Assembly (NCBI GenBank): GCA_002811645.1
Contig: PDIP01000001.1
Span: 289,403-353,402, forward strand
Reading direction: 5' to 3'
From: Corallochytrium limacisporum Hawaii
Lineage: Eukaryota > Protista > Pluriformea
DNA length: 64,000 bases
Shown: positions 57,765-64,000 of the stretch, one piece after another
How the letters are laid out: each line of letters starts with the position of its first letter
Numbering within the stretch: position 1 is the stretch's first letter
Program-made: the position numbers and the translations under genes
The notes under the pieces: model-generated
The model's input: the letters and a program-made list of their open reading frames with translations, nothing else
What the model was told of the DNA's origin: nothing
Database searches by the model: none

Positions 57765-59201
57765 TTAGACCGGGCACAAGTAAGTGGATTCGTCGTCATG
57801 GGGCACTTTAAAGATTCTGAAACTACTGGCAGTCTCAACAATGTCATGGACGGAGAAGTAAGTAGAGAACCCGGCAAAGATTGTGAGTACAGCAATCACT
57901 ACGCCAAAAAAGACTTTGACATGCATACCTAGAGACTCACGATAGATGGCCCAGTAGATGATTAGAGGTGCGACCATGGTTTGAAACGTCAAAGCCAAAC
58001 CAACCACAGCCCCTTGAAGGTTGTCAAAAAATGGAATGACTAGAGCAACAAACATGATACTAGCCCAAACTACAGAACGCAACACAACACGGCCCAGCCC
58101 AAAACGATGGCGGTAAAACCAGTTGCCCTCCGATTCTGATTTAGCAGATCTTTGTAAATGCTCGTCAGTTGTCTTTTCAGGTAGCTTGTCGATCTCAGCC
58201 GTAGGGTGATTGGTGCCTGTCTCCGCTTTTTCGGGGTCAACAACGGTGACATCCTCATCAGCTGATTTCGCAGAGTCAACGGTAGCTGGCTGGGTCACAG
58301 CCTGCGTGTACTCGATTGGGATCTTGAGAAGTACACTCTCCACGGTGATTACAAATGGATTCAACAGAAGTGGTCCTGAAACCAGCAGATTACCAGCTAC
58401 CAAGAGATTCGCTATATACCACAGAATATTGCGATCGTATTTGGTCAGAATGTTGAAGGGTATTTCACAACCATAGGCAGCATGGTTGAAGGCCCCAACC
58501 GAAGTGTATATTGTCAGCAGGCAGGCAACCACCAAAATGATGGGGTAATGCATGTTCTTCGGGTATTTCATGTTACGGCGAGTGTTAGGGACCAAAACTG
58601 CGAACGTGTACGCAAAAATGAAAACGGCGGCAGCTTTAATGCCCGTGGAGAGACCCAGATCCTCGGGGGATTCGAATTCAAAGGGTTCATCAAGATCCAT
58701 GCCAGACTCCACCATAATCACAATGCCAACACCATAGGAACAGATGGCACCAAAGACCATCATGCCAACCATGTCCTTCACCTCCGGAAGCATCCCAATT
58801 GGGTACATGGCCGCAATCGTTATGACGACCCAGACGACGTAATCAAGATCGGAGACCTTTGCAAACAGAGCTTGGAAGGAGGATGCTGTGAGGACGACAT
58901 AGATGATGGTCACGAAATACGTGTTGAAAACTAGTGAGAATTGAAGCCCATATTTACCCAGTCTCCCGAGGTGCTCCTCACCCAAATCAACATAGGTAAA
59001 TGATCTTGACACTTTCAGAGCCTCGTTCAGAAGCAGCGCACCAGTGAGCATCAATGCACTCACAACAGTGATAATAACAAAAGTCCACCAGCCAAAGGCA
59101 GCAAAGCCGTAAGGAATAGCCAAGATTCCAGCACCGATCGACGTTGTGACAAGGGTAAATGTCGCCTTGAGTACGTCCAAAGTTTCGTCCATTGAGAGCA
59201 T
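57765..59201 (-). CDS. Amino acid/auxin permease (Aa_trans, AVT/SLC32-36-38-like) transporter
   Basis: TSIGAGILAIPYGF, TYVDLGE..LG, FIFAY, MKYPKN, GAFNHAAYG, IPFFDNLQGAVVG; about 11 TM segments. Confidence 0.92.
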   Translation of the reverse strand: MLSMDETLDVLKATFTLVTTSIGAGILAIPYGFAAFGWWTFVIITVVSALMLTGALLLNEALKVSRSFTYVDLGEEHLGRLGKYGLQFSLVFNTYFVTIIYVVLTASSFQALFAKVSDLDYVVWVVITIAAMYPIGMLPEVKDMVGMMVFGAICSYGVGIVIMVESGMDLDEPFEFESPEDLGLSTGIKAAAVFIFAYTFAVLVPNTRRNMKYPKNMHYPIILVVACLLTIYTSVGAFNHAAYGCEIPFNILTKYDRNILWYIANLLVAGNLLVSGPLLLNPFVITVESVLLKIPIEYTQAVTQPATVDSAKSADEDVTVVDPEKAETGTNHPTAEIDKLPEKTTDEHLQRSAKSESEGNWFYRHRFGLGRVVLRSVVWASIMFVALVIPFFDNLQGAVVGLALTFQTMVAPLIIYWAIYRESLGMHVKVFFGVVIAVLTIFAGFSTYFSVHDIVETASSFRIFKVPHDDESTYLCPV

Positions 59202-59345
59202 GGTGTCAGGGGGATAATGCTATCCGTATGATACGTAGCTGACGGGAATACGTTCTTCCTTGATGTACACAACGGGTACCGAAAGATCCTGTGATAAGTA
59301 GAATGTCCGAGACTGCGGCAACAGTAGAGTGTTGTTCCTAAATAC

Positions 59346-59386
59346 CTATTGAATTCTGTCAGCTTCATATGATCAAATATATTTAC
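59346..59386 (-). other. Predicted 41-nt intron in the amino-acid transporter 5' leader
   Basis: Minus strand GTAAAT-atatttgatcatatgaa-GCTGAC-agaattcaa-TAG. Confidence 0.55.
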
Positions 59387-61509
59387 AGACCGTTGGTCTT
59401 TTCAAGGGCTCCAAATACAAGCGCAATACCATTCATTCCGTAGTTTCGGGGACTTTGAAGATTAGCAATTGTGCAAAGGAGACCAGGCAAATGAGGGCCA
59501 ACATCGGTGTGGAGACCCACAGATAGATGCGATCCGCCTGATCCATCCGAATCTTGTCCTACTTTATGTGCAGGCACGGACACGTGCTATTATTTTGTAC
59601 ACAGTTATCCAAACTGGCACAAACTGATACTCAATAGTGGGTTAGAACGGCGTATTGGCCAGATTCTCAAGCAAGGGCGATCCAAGGGCGCTGCGCGCAG
59701 AGCGGGCATGCGTCAGCCTCTGTGGCAATAATATCTTCCACTACCTTTAAGCCGTAGATAAGTCTGATTTCCATATTACATTTGTCGGATGAGTGAATCA
59801 TGGCCCATTGGCGCGTGAGTCACTTGCAATGCTATTTACGTTCAAGGCACAGGATATCCATTTGGATGTCCGTTGCAGTCCATATTTCGGACCTCGCCGC
59901 GACCGATGTCGGAGTTGAGTTCTGGACCGTTTAGTACATTTAATGTGGAAACGACACGACATAAAAATCGTAACGGCAGCGAGACCGCCCGAGGGAGTGG
60001 GTATGGCCCGCAAGATTAATAGATAAGTGTGCAGAGCAAAATTTCCCTTGAGTCCACGAGGAACAGTGACGGGACAGGCTGCTCCCAAATAAAGGAATTT
60101 GTAAGGAGTCTGGTGCGTGAGGTATGGCACTTTCCAATCCTTAGCGGTCAACTAAAGGACACCCAAAGCTCCTATTTGAGGTATATATTGAATCAGATGG
60201 CTACAGAGAGATTATTCTTTTGACGTACATTGGTATACACACTCTGGTTGCGATGGTATCCCATGCGCGGTTCACGGCAAAGCCTCCTTGTCATCTACTG
60301 CGGACCGCCTAGCTTGAGTTGTTTTCCCAGAGCTTCAGAAACTTGTTCTTTGCATGGCAGGACGCGGGAAATACGAAAGCGGACGGATCGTGTTTAAATA
60401 AATCCGGAAAGGTTTTTACCCTAAACCCTTTCCTGTGTTGTCAATCGTCGATGCCCCCGTTACCCTTTCCTTTCCTTGCGCACTTGCCCTCCCACCGAAA
60501 CCAAGTCTTTTCCGAGTTCATTTTTAAATTTACTTTACGCTTTTCCCTTGTGGAATTACTTCGTCGTCACATGCGGGCTGGCCCTGTCTCCGGGTACGTT
60601 CGTATTTTCTTCCCCTGTTCGGTCGTGTTCAGAAATCTTCTCGACAAAACCCACACAGTTTTGGTTTCGCCAGATCTTATTCATCATTAGCTCAGTCCAC
60701 AAATCCGCATTGCAACACAGACCGCTAGACCTGGACTACAGCAGCTGGGTATCACGAGGGAGACCAGCGCGGCCTAAAACTGTTCGTATCTGTGCTCACT
60801 TCAAGGATTTGATTGGGATCGGCCAAGCCAGGTTTTATTGATCACTGAGGCCAATCAGGGAAGGCACGCTGTTAGCCTCAAAACAACGTAAATGAATTGC
60901 ATTGGCAAACAGTATACATGCTGCGTTTCCATGAATTGACATCACGGACCCTCATTGGTCCAATTTTCAATAACGACGGAATTGTCGCTGCTTTGCTCTT
61001 CCTCATCGGATCCATCCTAGACTTGAAAATTTGCATTAAAGGCTTGTGAGAAGACTGATAGTGACATGCGGCTCGCAACTCTTAGACCACAGCATTTGTG
61101 TATCCAAAAAGAGCCAGGGCTTCCTGGATCCAGGAATGGGAAATGGACATGAATTTAACAAGGTCAGTCTTTGGTACCCGAATAGAACTTGGCTAGACAA
61201 TTAGAACGTTGCATGTTGGATCTTTCAGTCCGGGGTGAGGATGAAAGTAAGGTCACTGACGAAGGGACCGGTGACAAAGGGACGGCAAACCACACACACA
61301 CAGTCATCATACACAAGGGAAAAATGAGAGTGTTGTTAACTATGGAGTAGATTCGAGCACACGTCCACTAGCCCATCCGCCGTTTTGCTGTCAGAAAGTT
61401 CTTAGATGCCCCTGCATTGGAGTCTCAATACCTCGTCCCTAAGATGACAATTTAGTGTGTGCACGATTTTGCAGGAGGATTGTAGATTTTCGACAGATTT
61501 GGTGTGTTG

Positions 61510-61963
61510 TCAAGAAGGGCTCAATGCCCTTATATTTTGTAATTCTGGTAAACTAAACAAAAAGTGGGACAGGTACTGTGGTGCCAGAATACATTGGCTG
61601 AGAAACACTGGGATCCTTGGGTGACGGGGGATAGGATTGCGCAGGTGTATTGCACACGCCTTTGATCTGCTTGGCATATCTACGACACCAATTTCCTGTA
61701 AGGAAGTGTAATCAACGCCCAGTGTACTCAACGTAACACTCAGCCTGACCAGAGGTGTAGTCTGTTACAATAGTGTCATTCATCCATAAGGCCTGGTTTG
61801 TTAGTGTGCCTGCAGCGGTCGGGATGACTACGTTCTTTGACTTATGGACATATTGCCACTGATTCTTGTCGGTGGCTGCCTTTGCACCTGAACTCCAATA
61901 TACCGTGTAGTTCACTGTGGTACGACAGTATGACCATACTGCGCACGATTGGGTATTTTGCAA
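61510..61963 (-). pseudogene. Possible fragmented gene for an extracellular-type protein (subtelomeric relic)
   Basis: The frame ...NYTVYWSSG...LWMNDTIVTDYTSGQAECYVEYT continues as GVDYTSLQEIG after a 1-nt shift near 61722; no ATG or signal peptide found. Confidence 0.3.
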
Positions 61964-62816
61964 ACATCGACGAAATTACGAAGAAACGAAACGCTTACTG
62001 CTTGGGTTTGAAGGACACTTTGAACGGTCATAGTACAGGAAGCAAAGCAGAGGCAAGCCAGCCCTCACGTTGCTGCGTGTTACCATTTACGGCAGGCGAG
62101 ATGTAAAACAAAACGCCATTGTTTTGCTCTCCACCTCTGGCGATTCTGTACAACAGGGCGCCGCGAAGATCTAGGGATCGAGATCTGCATAAGAAAAAAA
62201 CTTTCTTGGACTGATTACTTGTGCGAGTTCGATTACTTTTTGGACTGTCCACAATTGTATGTCAACTAGCATTCTCAAATATAGATAGAAATACAAATAC
62301 AAAGAGCACCAAGACACTGGCAGTCCCCTGTCCCAGACGTTCGCACTTGGTATACAAACAATGAGGCTCGGGGAAGGCAAACCCCGACATTCGTAATTGG
62401 TATACAAACACTAATAATACGTCCCCAACCAACGTAGCCGCGACCGACCTTTATGGCCTTTGTCGGTTGCGGGTGTCGGTCGCATGTGGACTAATACATT
62501 CAGTATTGGGATGAGTCCTTGGTCACGGACGAGGAAAAAAAGTTTACTCTCTTCGATCACACTGAAGAAAAAGATCGTGGCAATCGTATCGCAGATTTCC
62601 CATTTTGGGGATCCGCAGAGATTTCTTTTTTCTTTTTTCCTTCCGGTGAAGAGGATGGAGAGGAAACCCCCCCCCTCCCTAGGCAAATCGGGTACCACAA
62701 GAACAAGATGTCCACCTTTTACCCCGAAACCCGTTGTACCATTGACGATATCTATTTTTCTTTTTCGTGCCCTTGTCCAATTTTCTCACAATGATTGTCG
62801 AATTTCAGAGCCTCCG

Positions 62817-63066
62817 TAGACAAAACCCAAAGCTATGTAAGATCTGCCGTACTGATGAACAAAAATAGTATACAAAGACCAAAAGCAAAGGAAAAACAAG
62901 GACACAATGATGCGACTGGCTATAATTGCATTGAGTCAGCAAAGAAGCAACATAGACAAAAAATAAGGGTATAAAAAGGATCTGTCCTGCTGGTGAAAAG
63001 GAACGTATCGCAATGAGAAACAACAACAAAACATACATAATGATGCGACTAGCTATAATTGCATTG
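62817..63066 (+). repeat. Diverged tandem duplication of the promoter/5' leader/first 9 codons of the telomeric gene
   Basis: Copy 1 62817-62933, copy 2 62953-63066; ATGATGCGACT(G/A)GCTATAATTGCATTG is 26/27 identical; tagacaaaa and gatctg blocks are shared. Confidence 0.85.
62970..62976 (+). promoter_or_regulatory. TATA box (TATAAAA) of the telomeric Cys-rich gene
   Basis: Consensus TATA 70 nt upstream of ATG 63040, followed by an A/C-rich leader. Confidence 0.55.
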
Positions 63067-63889
63067 GCTCTCTTCCGCGGGTGTTTACGCTGTTCCGACG
63101 AGTAGATCCACCCAATCGTGTACAATTGATGCCGACTGTGGGAGCGGCCAATACTGTGGTCCCTACAATGAGAGTACCCCACCAAATACGTGCAAGACTG
63201 ACTTGGTAGCAGGAGAAGTATGCTCAGACGATGGATATTTGCAAAACGCGGGGTGCGAAGCCGGAACGGTTTGCATGCCAGACGGTGGTCGTGGCGTTTG
63301 CAAGCGAGTTCCGTATGGCTCATTCTACTGCGGAAATCCCCAAGGACAGGGCAATGCCCTGAAAGACGACAATTTCTGTGACAGTACAACGTACGATACG
63401 TGCGGAACTCTGGCTGACCCTGACGGGTTCGAATGTGGGAAGACTATCGTACCAGAAGGTGGCGTGTGCTCCAGTGACGGGATAACACAAGACTGGATGT
63501 GCGAGGAAAATCTCTATTGTATCAGTGATGGAAAGCAAGGTGTCTGTCAGAGTAAACCTGCCGATACAATCTACTGCGGCGATGAGCAGGGGGCCAATAA
63601 TGAGCTCAGTAATGACCATTTCTGTCCCAACACGCAACATTGCGCTGCTGACAAAAGCTGCGCCCATGGCGCCGCTGGTGGTCAGTATTGTGATCCTTCA
63701 ATCCCGTGTGAGGCGAACGACAGTGAAGGTGATGCAGTGGTGTGCTACCAACAGCCCCAAGGTGGACTATGCAAGACTGAAAACTACTGCGAGATGCATT
63801 GCGAAAACGTGGACCCCCAGCATCCAGGCGCCTGGGAGTGTGAGGAGGTTGACAACAACTATTATACTTGCGTATACGAGGGCCGGTAA
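63040..63889 (+). CDS. Secreted Cys-rich protein (28 Cys, two internal repeats of about 75 aa); 1-nt frameshift after codon 12 as assembled
   Basis: ATG 63040 encodes MMRLAIIALALF; removing one base near 63076 joins it to AGVYAVPTSR... of the long ORF. Repeats: VCSDDG..CE...C..DG..GVC...YCG..QG..N.L..D.FC. Confidence 0.8.
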
Positions 63890-63972
63890 TAAGCAAAAGA
63901 TTCCATTTCGCCGGATTTAGATACAATACATTTAGTGTAGAGCTTGTATAAAAAGACTGAATTTCGCTGGAT

Positions 63973-64000
63973 CTAGGGTTAGGGTTAGGGTTAGGGTTAG
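63973..64000 (+). repeat. Telomeric repeat (TTAGGG)n
   Basis: ctaggg followed by TTAGGG repeats to the end of the window, G-strand oriented outward. Confidence 0.9.

Noticed and set aside
62336-62410. Repeat-spacer-repeat resembling a CRISPR array
   Set aside because: Only two imperfect copies, eukaryotic context, no cas genes.

Overview
Eukaryotic chromosome end, not a prokaryotic window. It ends in a (TTAGGG)n telomere at 63973-64000 and carries about 20 compact genes whose CDSs are all intron-free (up to 3.7 kb). They are separated by GC-rich or microsatellite-rich promoter regions, and there are two N gaps. Recognisable genes: a PPIE/Cyp33-type RRM protein, NOP12/RBM34, ASH2/Bre2, ataxin-10, a TPT/SLC35 nucleotide-sugar transporter, riboflavin kinase, DRS1/DDX27, a FAM193-like protein, CTR9, ARP4/ACTL6, an EPHX1-type epoxide hydrolase and an Aa_trans transporter. 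Less usual genes: a membrane-anchored OpuAC/ProX-type betaine-binding protein with a KKxx tail, a bacterial-type UPF0126/TRIC protein with a mitochondrial-like presequence, an NHL-repeat single-pass receptor, a bHLH-zipper-PAS transcription factor with a (QA)26 tract, and a Cys-rich secreted-protein gene ending 83 bp from the telomere. FAM193, TTAGGG and intronless CDSs suggest an intron-poor unicellular relative of animals such as Corallochytrium (inference only). The best leads are (i) a heavily base-paired, ORF-poor + strand locus at about 28.5-29.1 kb between FAM193 and CTR9 (candidate novel ncRNA and/or 33-aa microprotein), (ii) about 40-nt GT-AG micro-introns found only in 5' leaders, and (iii) the telomere-abutting secreted gene with a duplicated promoter/signal-peptide cassette and a 1-nt frameshift. 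All family calls come from motif recognition by eye; no searches or folding programs were run.
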